NCBI GenBank assembly: GCA_963824495.1
Contig: CAWGPQ010000017.1
Coordinates: forward strand, 1-64,000
From: an uncultured bacterium
Lineage (GTDB): Bacteria > Babelota > Babeliae > Babelales > Babelaceae
Reading direction: 5' to 3'
DNA: 64,000 bases
Shown here: piece by piece, positions 50,196-60,316 of the stretch
Layout: every line of letters starts with the position of its first letter
Position numbering within the stretch: the first letter of the stretch is position 1
Notes under the pieces: model-generated
Databases searched by the model: none
What the model saw: only the letters and a program-made list of their open reading frames with translations
What the model was told of the DNA's origin: nothing
Program-made: the position numbers and the translations under genes

Positions 50196-51620
50196 ATGAT
50201 GGATATAGGCAAACAAGGGTCGACTACTAAAGCTGGAGCAGCCTTAGGCAAGCAAAGAAATTACAATGAGCTTGTTGACTATTTCGATAAACAGTGGTCA
50301 TTGCAAAACACCATGTCGCTTGATCGCATGAAAAAACTCGATCAAGCATTTGGATCACTTTCACAAAAGACTAATGCAATTTTAGTTGCTGGAACCAACG
50401 GTAAAAGCCTCACGGTTCATTTTACCACTAAGCTTCTTAAAGAAGAAGGATTTAAAGTTGGTGCATTTTATGCCCCCCACATCTTAACCTACAATGAACG
50501 CTTTACAGTTAATCATGAGATGATTTCAAATAAAGCATTTACTGAAATCGGCAATGATGTTATCAATATGGCCGAAAGCCTTGGGCTTACTGCACATGCC
50601 CAAGAGCTATTAACCATGATTGCGCTTCTATATTTTTCCAGCCAGAATGTGGATATAGCCGTACTAGAAGTTAATGAAGGCGGACTTCATAATCCAGTAA
50701 ATATTTGCCAAGCTAAAGTGGTAACTATTACGCGTGTAACATCGCCTGATGTTGCCTCCGATGAATCTCGTATTCAAGCGATGACGCGTGAAATTATGGG
50801 AATCGTTAAAAAGGGTACCCATATTGTTTCAGGTGACCAAAGCAAAAATAACCTCCAGCTTATGCAAGATATGACTGAACAACAAGGGGGAACCTGGGCA
50901 ATGCCAATACGCAAACTTGCTCCTTTAGGGTACCCTTATGAACAGTTATGGGGACGATGCGCAGCGCTTGCCGAGCGTGCTTCACAGCTCTATGTAGAAA
51001 ACTTTATAACCAAAGATGCGACGGTCTTAACCGATAGCCTACTTACCAAGCAAAAAGGCCAACGAGGACGCCCTACCATCGAAGCAAAACGCAAGTCAGA
51101 ACTCTACCCCAAAAAGACTATAGAGCAATACTGGAAAGAGACCCTCAGCGAATTACCAGGTCGTTTCCAATTGCTTGATAAAGAAAAACCAAGTATCCTT
51201 CTGGATAATGCTCATAATATTGACGCATTCAAGAATTTGCTCTTGGGTATCAGATTGCTTCATTATCAACGCCCCCTTAAGGGACTTACGATTATTGTCA
51301 GTGCTGCTCGCTCGACCATTCATAGCGAAGAATTTTTAAAATTGGTTCGTTATTTCTTCAAGAAGACATCGGGCCAGCTCTTTCTTTGTCCCCTTGAAAA
51401 TAGTTTGCCCGGTGTTAAAGAAGAAACATCATGGAGCGTTGAACAGGTCACTAATGATGTCAAGAGCATGAAAATTAAAGCACGTGCTTGCAAGAACTTT
51501 GAAGAAGCATTTGATCTTGCTAAAAAGTCGGTTGATGAACGTTACGGTCTGGTAGTTATTACTGGTTCACAATCTATAATTAATCAGTACTGGCGCCATA
51601 AAGGCATCAAGAAATTTTAA
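50196..51620 (+). CDS. FolC-like (folylpolyglutamate synthase / Mur-ligase fold) protein, divergent
   Basis: VAGTNGKS, PH...NERF, PGRFQ, LDNAHN, VITGS. Confidence 0.8.
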   Translation: MMDIGKQGSTTKAGAALGKQRNYNELVDYFDKQWSLQNTMSLDRMKKLDQAFGSLSQKTNAILVAGTNGKSLTVHFTTKLLKEEGFKVGAFYAPHILTYNERFTVNHEMISNKAFTEIGNDVINMAESLGLTAHAQELLTMIALLYFSSQNVDIAVLEVNEGGLHNPVNICQAKVVTITRVTSPDVASDESRIQAMTREIMGIVKKGTHIVSGDQSKNNLQLMQDMTEQQGGTWAMPIRKLAPLGYPYEQLWGRCAALAERASQLYVENFITKDATVLTDSLLTKQKGQRGRPTIEAKRKSELYPKKTIEQYWKETLSELPGRFQLLDKEKPSILLDNAHNIDAFKNLLLGIRLLHYQRPLKGLTIIVSAARSTIHSEEFLKLVRYFFKKTSGQLFLCPLENSLPGVKEETSWSVEQVTNDVKSMKIKARACKNFEEAFDLAKKSVDERYGLVVITGSQSIINQYWRHKGIKKF

Positions 51621-51645
51621 GTAACAGTATACCAGCACTAATACT

Positions 51646-51668
51646 AGGGGCCTCCGGGCCCCTTCTTC
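51646..51668 (+). terminator. Terminator-like hairpin
   Basis: AGGGGCC-tccg-GGCCCCT then TCTT. Confidence 0.65.
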
Positions 51669-51697
51669 GTCAAATACTTTTAGGCCACGGTGACATC

Positions 51698-51964
51698 ATG
51701 AGCACGAGCACGAGTATATTGATCCTTGTACAAGCCTGTATTGCTGGAGCTCTTTATGGGTATTCACTACGCAGAACTTCACATAGATCACCTGGGATTC
51801 AAGCATTGCTTATCACTGTGCGGGTGCTCATAGCAGGCATATTCTTTTATTATATTTTTTATTATATATTGCACTCAAGTCCAAACAGCTCTATAATCAG
51901 TTGTATATTAGTATTTATTGTCAGCATGTGGTATATGATAATTAGGAACTATAGGGAACTATAG
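51698..51964 (+). CDS. Small membrane protein, probable ATP synthase protein I (AtpI/AtpR-like)
   Basis: 3 TM segments; directly upstream of atpB. Confidence 0.5.
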   Translation: MSTSTSILILVQACIAGALYGYSLRRTSHRSPGIQALLITVRVLIAGIFFYYIFYYILHSSPNSSIISCILVFIVSMWYMIIRNYREL

Positions 51965-51983
51965 AGAAGAATAAGGATCAGCA

Positions 51984-52730
51984 ATGGCTCCTAAAGGCCT
52001 TAATCTCTTTGAACATCATCTATGGAAACCGCTGGCAGCACTCGGGTTGACAAATCCTGCCTTTGAACTTAACAGCGATACTCTTATCAATACCTGGATA
52101 GCATTAGGCATTATCGCCCTCGTAGCAATCACAGGCCGCATGAGCTTGCGTAATCCCTATAGTATACAAGGCTATTTAGCTGAAAGCTTTATCAGGTCAT
52201 TTATGAACATGATTTATCAATCACTTGATCGCTTTGTATATCGTTACTTTGCTTTCATTACGGCTCTTTTCACTTTTATTCTCACGTGTAACCTTCTCGT
52301 ACTTATACCAGGGCTAGAAGAGCCAACAAAAGACCTCAATACAACACTTGCACTAGGCATTATCTCGTTTCTCTATGCTCAAAAAGAGGGTATAAAAGCG
52401 CATGGTCTGCGTGAGTATGTAAAAGAATATTTCAAGCCATTTTTTGTGCTTTTCCCGCTTGAAGTACTGGGAAGACTTGCAACCGTTATTTCACTGTCAT
52501 TTCGTTTGTTTGGCAATATCTTTGGTGGTGCTATTATTAACTCGCTCTGGCAACAAGCAGTATCAGGTTCAATTCTTTGGCATCTCATAGGTACATTTTT
52601 AGGTATCAATCTGACCATTATGCTCTTCTTTGGAATTTTTGAAGGGTTTATTCAAGCATTTGTATTCTCAATTTTAAGTCTTACATACTTAACACTTGCC
52701 GTGCAGAAGGAAGAAGGACTTCACGTATGA
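51984..52730 (+). CDS. atpB: F0F1 ATP synthase subunit a
   Basis: PTKDLNTTLAL, SLSFRLFGNI, IQAFVFSILS..Y. Confidence 0.95.
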   Translation: MAPKGLNLFEHHLWKPLAALGLTNPAFELNSDTLINTWIALGIIALVAITGRMSLRNPYSIQGYLAESFIRSFMNMIYQSLDRFVYRYFAFITALFTFILTCNLLVLIPGLEEPTKDLNTTLALGIISFLYAQKEGIKAHGLREYVKEYFKPFFVLFPLEVLGRLATVISLSFRLFGNIFGGAIINSLWQQAVSGSILWHLIGTFLGINLTIMLFFGIFEGFIQAFVFSILSLTYLTLAVQKEEGLHV

Positions 52731-53665
52731 GTGGTTCTTCGTTAGCAATTGGCCTCATTATAGCGCTTCCTGCTATCGGCGTGGGGTTAGGTCAGGGTCG
52801 TATTAATAAAGCAGCACTGGCCGCACTTAACCAACAACCGGCAGCATATACTGCTATAAATAGATTAACTCTTATTGCTATGGCGCTGAATGAAACAACA
52901 GCACTGGTAAGCGTACTAACGGCATTGCTTATTTTTATATCACCCTCAAATGCACCGTTCAGCTTTTTGGGAACCTTAGGCATTGCATGTTCAATAGCCA
53001 TTCCTGGCTTTGCTATAGGTCTTGCTTCTGCCCTCCCTGCACGTGAAGCCCTCAATGCTACAGCACGACAGCCATTCTTTGCACAACGCATTATGACGCT
53101 TTTATTTATTACACAGCCGTTTATTCAGACACCTATAATTTTCGGACTTATTACAAGCTTTTTACTACGTGCACAGTTACCCTTAGCCACCACGCTTAAT
53201 GAAGGCTTACGGCTTTTTGCCAGCGGTTTTGTTTTAGGTATTGGCTCACTTGGCCCCATTATTGGTTTAGCCTATTTTGGTCAAGCTGCCTGCAAAAGTA
53301 GTGGTATTAATCGAGCTGCCTATACCCGCATAAGAACTTTTACCTTTCTAAGCCAGGCGCTTATCGAAGCTCCTATAGTTTTTGCCCTTTTAATTGCCTT
53401 ACTTTTAGCCACGATACGTACACCACCTGATTCTTCACTATTGACAGGTATAGCACTACTTTCTGCTGCCTTTGCTCTAAGTTTTTCAACATTGGCAACA
53501 GGCATAGCCTCAGGTCGTACAGGAGCTGTTACTTGTTTGCAGATAGGTAAAAATCCCGAAATCTATGGCGAATTATCACGCTTGGCTATTCCAGCACAAA
53601 CATTAATTGACACATGTGCTATCTACGGATTAGTTGTTTCACTCTTTCTCATTATCTTGCGTTGA
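52727..53665 (+). CDS. atpE: ATP synthase subunit c, four fused hairpins (8 TM)
   Basis: Four c-subunit repeats with loops QQP/RQP/INR/KNP and second helices NETTAL/IQTPII/IEAPIV/IDTCAIY; ATGA overlap with atpB. Confidence 0.88.
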   Translation: MSGSSLAIGLIIALPAIGVGLGQGRINKAALAALNQQPAAYTAINRLTLIAMALNETTALVSVLTALLIFISPSNAPFSFLGTLGIACSIAIPGFAIGLASALPAREALNATARQPFFAQRIMTLLFITQPFIQTPIIFGLITSFLLRAQLPLATTLNEGLRLFASGFVLGIGSLGPIIGLAYFGQAACKSSGINRAAYTRIRTFTFLSQALIEAPIVFALLIALLLATIRTPPDSSLLTGIALLSAAFALSFSTLATGIASGRTGAVTCLQIGKNPEIYGELSRLAIPAQTLIDTCAIYGLVVSLFLIILR

Positions 53666-53790
53666 TCAAAATTTCACGAGATTCTTAGAAACTCATCACT
53701 TTGCCCTAATACATCTGTTTGTTCAATCTATCTTACTCATGCTATAATTAAAAGTAGAAACTTACAAAAATAACAAATAAGGTTTATGCC

Positions 53791-55271
53791 ATGATTAAAG
53801 CTCTTATAAAAGTATTCGTCGTAGCAACGCTTTGCTGTTGGGCTACCGTTGACCCATACTATCCCGCTAAAATGCATGATGCCTGAACAAGTAAATGCTG
53901 CTACCAGTCAAGCACTACTTGAAGCTGTAAAAGCCAATAGTGCTCAAGAGGTGGTTTCGTTATTAGGTCGAGGTGCTAATGTTAATTATGTTAGTAATGT
54001 GGATGTTAATTATCCTGGTAATGGTGTTACTGCTCTTATTTTGGCAGCAACAAAGGGAAACATAGATATAGTCAAAATGCTTATAGAAGCTGATGCTAAC
54101 GTTAATTACGCTAACACTAATGGCGATACCGCTCTTATGAAGGCAGCTGGAGGTGGATATATAGGGACAGTTAGAATACTAATAGAGCATGGAGCTAACG
54201 TTAATCATGCTAATAATAATGGCGATACTGCTTTAATATGGGCAGCTCCAGGAAGTATAGAGATAGTCGGATTACTTATAGCAGCTGGGGCTGATATTAA
54301 TCACGTCCAAAGGAATGGTCTTACTGCTTTTGACTTCGCAGCTTTGCCAGCTAGCAATATAGATATGGTTAAGCTATTCCTAGATTATAAAGCTGATATT
54401 AACCACACTGATAATCGGGGCATTACCCCTTTAATAAGGGCAGCTAGAGATGGACATATAGAAATGGTTAGATTACTTATAAACCAAGGAGCTAATATTA
54501 ATCATGCTGATAATGATGGCAAGAGTGCTCTCTGGCGGCCAGCTCATCGTCTTGATACAGGCATAGCTCGACTACTTATAGAACACGGTGCCATTTTGTC
54601 AAATTTGTCAAACGACGAAGCACTTGGCCGAGCACTAGTGGAAGCACTTCGCAATCCACTCGCTTATCCAACCACCACAGGCGATAGGAAACGCATAGCA
54701 GCATTACTTTCTACAATACCAGCTGAAGTTAGAGCTGAGAACATAGCATTACAACAGCATGCACCTGAACCATCTCTTATACAAAGGATACGAGCATACT
54801 TTCAGGGCTTATTTAATGTCGACGTTATCCCTGCCCAGCAAGCAAACTTTCTCGATATTAATCAACGAAGTAGTTACGGCTTTACTCCCCCTGCATTTGG
54901 CTGCTGCACAAGGTCATGTAGATAGTGTGCGTGATCTCCTTCAAGCTGGTGCTAACTTTAGGCTTGCTAATAATGAAGGCTTAACTGCTCTTCAGCTTGC
55001 CCAACGCAATAGAAGAGAAGCAGCTTTACGTGAAGATATTGCTACTGTCAGACGCTACCAAGGCGTCGTTGGGCTCTTGCACAATTACGCAAATATACCG
55101 ACAGCACGCGAAGCTTTACAGAGAGCTTTTCAAGAATTGCCACGTCGAGAAACCCTTCGCCATTATGCAGGCTCTTACCCTCATGAGATTATTCACCTTA
55201 TTACAGAATATCAGACGGCACCGCCTTTCGTTACCGGTGACGGTGGCGCTTCAGCTTCTTATAGCTCTTGA
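53791..55271 (+). CDS. Signal-peptide ankyrin-repeat protein with two apparent +1 frameshifts (about 53840 and C5 at 54887-54891)
   Basis: Repeated GANVN..NG.TAL..AA; the GFTPLHLAAAQGH repeat is restored by removing one C; ATG 53791 encodes a signal peptide out of frame. Confidence 0.8.
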
Positions 55272-55317
55272 GCTTAAATACTCTCATTGGCAAATAATCA
55301 GCAGTTATAGTTTCTGC

Positions 55318-56547
55318 TTAAACCGAAGGTTCTGAAGAAGCTGGAGCTGCAGGAGCTCCGGGAGCCATGACATATTGGGCAACTAAAGCAGCAATCTCTG
55401 GGGGAAGCGGTATACCTGTTGGGGCCCATTCAAACTGTCCTGTTTGTCTTCCTGCTCGTGTTACTCTTCCAAACGCAACTTGACCTGCATATCCCTCAAG
55501 AAGACGAGCAACTTCAGGATGATTATTTTGAATTGCAAGGGTCCATGCTAATGCATGTTGACGGTTGAAAAGATTAGTCCGTGCATTATGATCAAGTAGA
55601 GTCCGGACAGCACCTAGATGTCCAGCACGTGCTGCATAATGTAATGGGGTATCACCATTATTGTTCACAGCATTAACGTTAGCACCATGATTAAGTAATG
55701 CTGTTAAAATATTACTATCGCCATTACGTGCTGCATAATGTAAAGGTGTATTGCCATCTTGATCACGAACGTTGACGTTAACGTTGCATTCAAGCAGCGC
55801 ATTAACCGTTTGTTCATCATTACGAGCAACTGCCCAATGTAACGGTCTCATGCTAAAATCATCTAAATCCTCACTGGAAGGACACAGAGGGGGGGCTAGC
55901 AAAGAACCTTCATGCTTAACCTTTTTAGTTGGCCGTTCTTCGAGAATTCTTGTAATAGTATCTCTGTCGCCTGTTATGATTGCTATGGCCAATGGTGAAA
56001 CATCATAGGCTTTTAATAACTTCAGCATGCGCGTCCTAATAACCTTATTATCTGAAACAGAAGCATTATTGAGCAAAAGCAATCTAACTATTTCTGTATG
56101 ATCTCTTAAAACTGCATGACCAAGAGCAGCAAAGCCATGATTACTAGTGTGATTAATATCAGCACCAGCTTCTATAAGCACGTTAACTACCTCTCCATAC
56201 CCCCGATCAGCTGCCTCTATTAAAGCAGTCAAGCCATAACCATCAGCACGATTAACGTTAGCTCTATGCTCTATTAGTATTCTAACTATCTCTATATACC
56301 CATTTCTAGCTGCCCTTATAAGAGCGGTATCACCATTAGTATCGGCATGATTGATATCGGCCCCTTGATTTAATAGTGAGATGACCTCTTGAGCATTATT
56401 GCCCATTGCAGCTCCAAGTAATGCGTCATCAAGTTTTTTTTGTTGTTCAGGAATAAGATGCTCCATGCTGAAGATAAGAGTATTATAAGAAGCTAGCATA
56501 AACATGCTTGTTATGAACATGAGAGTAGTTAAAAATCTAGGCTTCAT
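55318..56547 (-). CDS. Signal-peptide ankyrin-repeat protein
   Basis: Multiple ANK repeats (GDTALIRAARNG, GNTPLHYAARNG); C-terminal LPPEIAALVAQY. Confidence 0.92.
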   Translation of the reverse strand: MKPRFLTTLMFITSMFMLASYNTLIFSMEHLIPEQQKKLDDALLGAAMGNNAQEVISLLNQGADINHADTNGDTALIRAARNGYIEIVRILIEHRANVNRADGYGLTALIEAADRGYGEVVNVLIEAGADINHTSNHGFAALGHAVLRDHTEIVRLLLLNNASVSDNKVIRTRMLKLLKAYDVSPLAIAIITGDRDTITRILEERPTKKVKHEGSLLAPPLCPSSEDLDDFSMRPLHWAVARNDEQTVNALLECNVNVNVRDQDGNTPLHYAARNGDSNILTALLNHGANVNAVNNNGDTPLHYAARAGHLGAVRTLLDHNARTNLFNRQHALAWTLAIQNNHPEVARLLEGYAGQVAFGRVTRAGRQTGQFEWAPTGIPLPPEIAALVAQYVMAPGAPAAPASSEPSV

Positions 56548-56720
56548 GGAAATGTTCTTTCAAGTAAAAAAAGTATTAAAAATACTATCTGATGATCTAC
56601 CAATAAAGCATATCACATAATAATTTCTAATTGCAAGCTATTGTGAACAAAAAGCTTTGCCTTAGACTTCTTCCTTGGTATACTCTTGCTCCTGTGCTTT
56701 AGAACTCGGCTATCGACTAG

Positions 56721-57908
56721 ATGCATGTACGTATAAAAAAGCAGCTTTATCCTATGGTTGTACAGAAAAAAATCACGGTCGTATATATTATTACCAAACT
56801 TGAGTTAGGAGGCGCACAAAAGGTATGCCTGGCTCTAGCTCAGGGACTTTCAGCATGTGCCATAACCCCCATTCTTATCTCAGGAAGCCAAGGCTTATTA
56901 GTAGACAAAGCTCAGCAGCTCTCTGATTATATACAAATAGAAACGCTTCAACGTGAAATTGGCTGGCAGATAATTGGAAGCGAAATTAAAAGTTTTTTAA
57001 TACTTATCAAAAAACTTAAGGAACTAAAGGCACAGCACCCCTGCCTTATTGTACACACGCATAGCACGAAAGCTGGACTCTTGGGTCGATGGGCTGCATT
57101 TTGTGCTGGCATATCCGTCAGAGTTCATACAATCCATGGGTATGGCTTTCATGATCATCAAAATAGTATAGCATGGCTTATTATGTATGTATTTGAGTTT
57201 ATCACAAGCTTTATTACTACACGTTTTGTGTGTGTTTCAACATACGACAGTACTACGGGCAGTAAGCTGCTGCCTGGCTTTAAGCGCAAGCATTCTCTTA
57301 TTCGAGCAGCCGTTAAGCAGGAGCAGTTTAGAGCAATGGCTCGAGTTTGGCCTATCCCTCCACTCCCATTTGTATTTGGCAGCGTTGCATGCTTTAAGCC
57401 CCAGAAAAATCTCTTTGACCTACTTAAAGCTTTTAGATATGTGCACACCTATAACTCAACAACGCGTCTTGAAATTATCGGTGATGGTTACTTGCGACCA
57501 GAGCTTGAGCACTGGATTACTGATCATGCTCTTGAATCTGTCGTTACGCTTCATGGTTGGCAATCAAATGTTGCTCCCCTTATGAACAGATGGCATGCTT
57601 TTGCGCTAAGCTCTCTCTGGGAAGGGCTACCTTGCGCTGTGGTAGAAGCCCGACTGCTCAAGCTTCCGGTTGTGTGCTATAATACTACTGGAATCAGTGA
57701 CGTTATTTTTCATGGATATAATGGTCTTATATCGCCCACACAGCAATGGGAGCAGCTTGCTCAAGATATGCTTGTAATAACCAGCGATAGCGATCTTTAC
57801 AAAAAACTTAGTACATATCAAGATGATCTTACGGAATTTAGCATAGGCACTATGCTAAAGCGACACAATAAACTATATAATGAACTGTATAATAACCTTA
57901 CGCTTTAG
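56721..57908 (+). CDS. Glycosyltransferase family 4
   Basis: ELGGAQ, HTHSTKAG.LGR, HTIHG, QKN, SLWEGLP..VVEA. Confidence 0.92.
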   Translation: MHVRIKKQLYPMVVQKKITVVYIITKLELGGAQKVCLALAQGLSACAITPILISGSQGLLVDKAQQLSDYIQIETLQREIGWQIIGSEIKSFLILIKKLKELKAQHPCLIVHTHSTKAGLLGRWAAFCAGISVRVHTIHGYGFHDHQNSIAWLIMYVFEFITSFITTRFVCVSTYDSTTGSKLLPGFKRKHSLIRAAVKQEQFRAMARVWPIPPLPFVFGSVACFKPQKNLFDLLKAFRYVHTYNSTTRLEIIGDGYLRPELEHWITDHALESVVTLHGWQSNVAPLMNRWHAFALSSLWEGLPCAVVEARLLKLPVVCYNTTGISDVIFHGYNGLISPTQQWEQLAQDMLVITSDSDLYKKLSTYQDDLTEFSIGTMLKRHNKLYNELYNNLTL

Positions 57909-58018
57909 CCGGGCAAAAAACCAACTATCTTTGCCCATTACCAAGATTCTTGTATAATTGCTCTAGATTACCCTTAATATTGTAATATCTAAGAACTTAT
58001 TAACATTTCGAGCTATCC

Positions 58019-58930
58019 ATGATGCACCAGAATCTTTTAAGCGCCATTGGCAATACACCCCTTGTACGAATCAATCTTGGTACACCCCCCTGCATATACG
58101 CAAAACTTGAGTATCTTAATCCTGGCGGCAGCATTAAAGATCGTGCTGCGCTCTTTATGATAGAAGAAGCAGAGAGAACAGGTTTATTAAAACCAGGTGG
58201 AACTATTATTGAAGCATCGTCGGGCAATCAGGGAATTGCTGCAGCCATGATCGGCGCCCTTAAGGGATATAAAGTTATTATTACGGTTTCAGAAAAAAAC
58301 AGCAAAGAAAAACATGATACATTACGGGCTTATGGCGTACAGCTTGTTATTTGTCCACCCACAGCATCATTGCATGACCCACAAAGTTACCATAGCAGAG
58401 CACTTGAAATACAAAAAAGCACACCAAATTCGTTCATGTTAAACCAGTATTTTAACATAACAAATGCTCAAGCACATTACAGTGTGCTTGGTCCTGAAAT
58501 TTGGCGGCAAACACAAGGCACTATAACGCACTTTTGCGCTGCCGCCGGCTCGGGAGGAACAGTAAGTGGCGCCGGTAAATTTCTCAAAGAGCAAAACCCT
58601 GATATTAAAGTTATAGGTGTCGATGCAGCAACGTCATATCGATCAACAAAGGGCAACCCTCAGCCCTACAAAACTGAAGGGATAGGTGTAGACTTCGATT
58701 CCCCGCTAGTCGACATGAGCGTTATTAACGAATTTCTTCTTGCAACTGATACCGATACTCTCACGATGCTTAAAGAGCTCGCCTGCAAGCACGGCTTGTT
58801 AGTTGGACCATCAAGTGGTGCTGTTGCTCACGCTGTACGAGAATATTCTCGTACACTAAAGCCAGACGATATCGTTGTCGTAATTTTTGGTGATTCAGGA
58901 CGTGCATACTTAACTAAAAACTTTTATTAA
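58019..58930 (+). CDS. PLP-dependent cysteine synthase / cystathionine beta-synthase family protein
   Basis: IGNTPLV, KLEYLNPGGSIKDR, ASSGNQG, GSGGT, GPSSG, DSGRAY. Confidence 0.92.
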   Translation: MMHQNLLSAIGNTPLVRINLGTPPCIYAKLEYLNPGGSIKDRAALFMIEEAERTGLLKPGGTIIEASSGNQGIAAAMIGALKGYKVIITVSEKNSKEKHDTLRAYGVQLVICPPTASLHDPQSYHSRALEIQKSTPNSFMLNQYFNITNAQAHYSVLGPEIWRQTQGTITHFCAAAGSGGTVSGAGKFLKEQNPDIKVIGVDAATSYRSTKGNPQPYKTEGIGVDFDSPLVDMSVINEFLLATDTDTLTMLKELACKHGLLVGPSSGAVAHAVREYSRTLKPDDIVVVIFGDSGRAYLTKNFY

Positions 58931-58941
58931 AAAAGATAACA

Positions 58942-59256
58942 ATGAAGAGATTGCTTTTGTTTACAACGAGCATAGTGTTTATCCCAAGCTTGTGTATGGA
59001 TAATAATCAATATATACTTCAAACAATAAAAATATTTCAAGATGTAGCAGCGAGAGAGCATAAACAGTTTGAAGATGCTCTCGCTCATCAGTATACGACT
59101 CAGGTAGCACAGGTACTTAAAGCCATAACAGCAAAAAATACCAAACAACTTGAAGCAGCTCTCACAGCTATATGTGATAACGCTCTCCTCAACGCTCAAG
59201 ATAAACAAGGCTTAACTCCTCTCCATTATGCTGTATCTACATGTAATTCAGTATAG
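58942..59256 (+). pseudogene. Truncated signal-peptide ankyrin protein
   Basis: Ends just after NAQDKQGLTPLHYAV, in mid-repeat. Confidence 0.6.
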
Positions 59257-59482
59257 CTCCCGTTATAGATTGTGATTGAGGTTGCAATTGTTGAAGTGTA
59301 CGAGGGCACGATGGCTCTGGTTTTATTTCACGAGCCTCTTCCATAGACTCAGTATGCTTTTCAGATAAGCTGTATGGGTCAATAACTAGGTCATGGCTAT
59401 ATACAGGGTAAACAATTAAGCTAAAAATAACACAAGTTACAACATGTATGAGCAGGAAAGGTGCTTCCATTGCATGCTCCAA
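59237..59482 (-). CDS. Small single-TM hypothetical protein
   Basis: One hydrophobic segment; start uncertain. Confidence 0.4.
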   Translation of the reverse strand: MEHAMEAPFLLIHVVTCVIFSLIVYPVYSHDLVIDPYSLSEKHTESMEEAREIKPEPSCPRTLQQLQPQSQSITGAILNYM

Positions 59483-60016
59483 CTTTTAAATATCATTATA
59501 AATTACAATTATTATTATAAGAAATAAGCTAATAGAAAAGCAACAATTCGGTTAAATACAGAAGCAACTTGAAGATAGCCTTTTCAATCTTTTAATAAAA
59601 CTCTTATGGCTACAGCATAATTGGTGCAATTACCTGAGAAATAACATAAAACTATTTCAAATAGGATACTTATTGTGTTAAGTTTTTCTTGTAAGCACTA
59701 CGACAATGGTGGGTTGGTGGAAATGCGGTAGCAGTGAATATTCCAAAAACACTATAGACCTCGGTTACGGCAAGGGTTGGTTTTTCCGATAAAAAATAAG
59801 TAATTTAAATTAAAAGGACACAGGTACCATAAGCTGGAAAGACCTTGATTTTAAGGCCATAACACGGGATCAAGCAAATAAGCTTATGAACAGCTCTGCA
59901 CCACTTGCAATAGAAACAGCCCTAGCCTCGGCAGGTGCAGGAGCGGCAATTGATCTACCTGAAATCCCTCCATTCAGTGCGTGCAAAATACGAGTGATGT
60001 ATTAGTTGGAACCGAA

Positions 60017-60316
60017 TTAGTATCCGCGTGGCTTAGATGGTCGCTCCTCGCAGTATGGTCCTGTTAAGTAGGCAATAAGAGCGAAAGCAGCAGGAGCTGA
60101 TAACCAACGCTTATAGTTCATCTGTGCTTCCGGTGATGAGAGTAATCTGCTTAGACAATACGTGGACGATGCACCGAACGAAATAAGCGATAGGGTGCAC
60201 AATGGTTTACTGACAGTATCAGTAGTGCAATGCAGGGCAGAGCACCTATTTTGTGAAAAATTTGCCAAAAGTAGCATACTTATAAAGAATGTAATGCCAA
60301 AAGTTTTCTTATACAT
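60017..60316 (-). CDS. Small Cys-containing membrane protein, paralog family member 3
   Basis: MYKKTFG...CSALHC...WLSAPAAFALIAYLTGPYC. Confidence 0.7.
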   Translation of the reverse strand: MYKKTFGITFFISMLLLANFSQNRCSALHCTTDTVSKPLCTLSLISFGASSTYCLSRLLSSPEAQMNYKRWLSAPAAFALIAYLTGPYCEERPSKPRGY

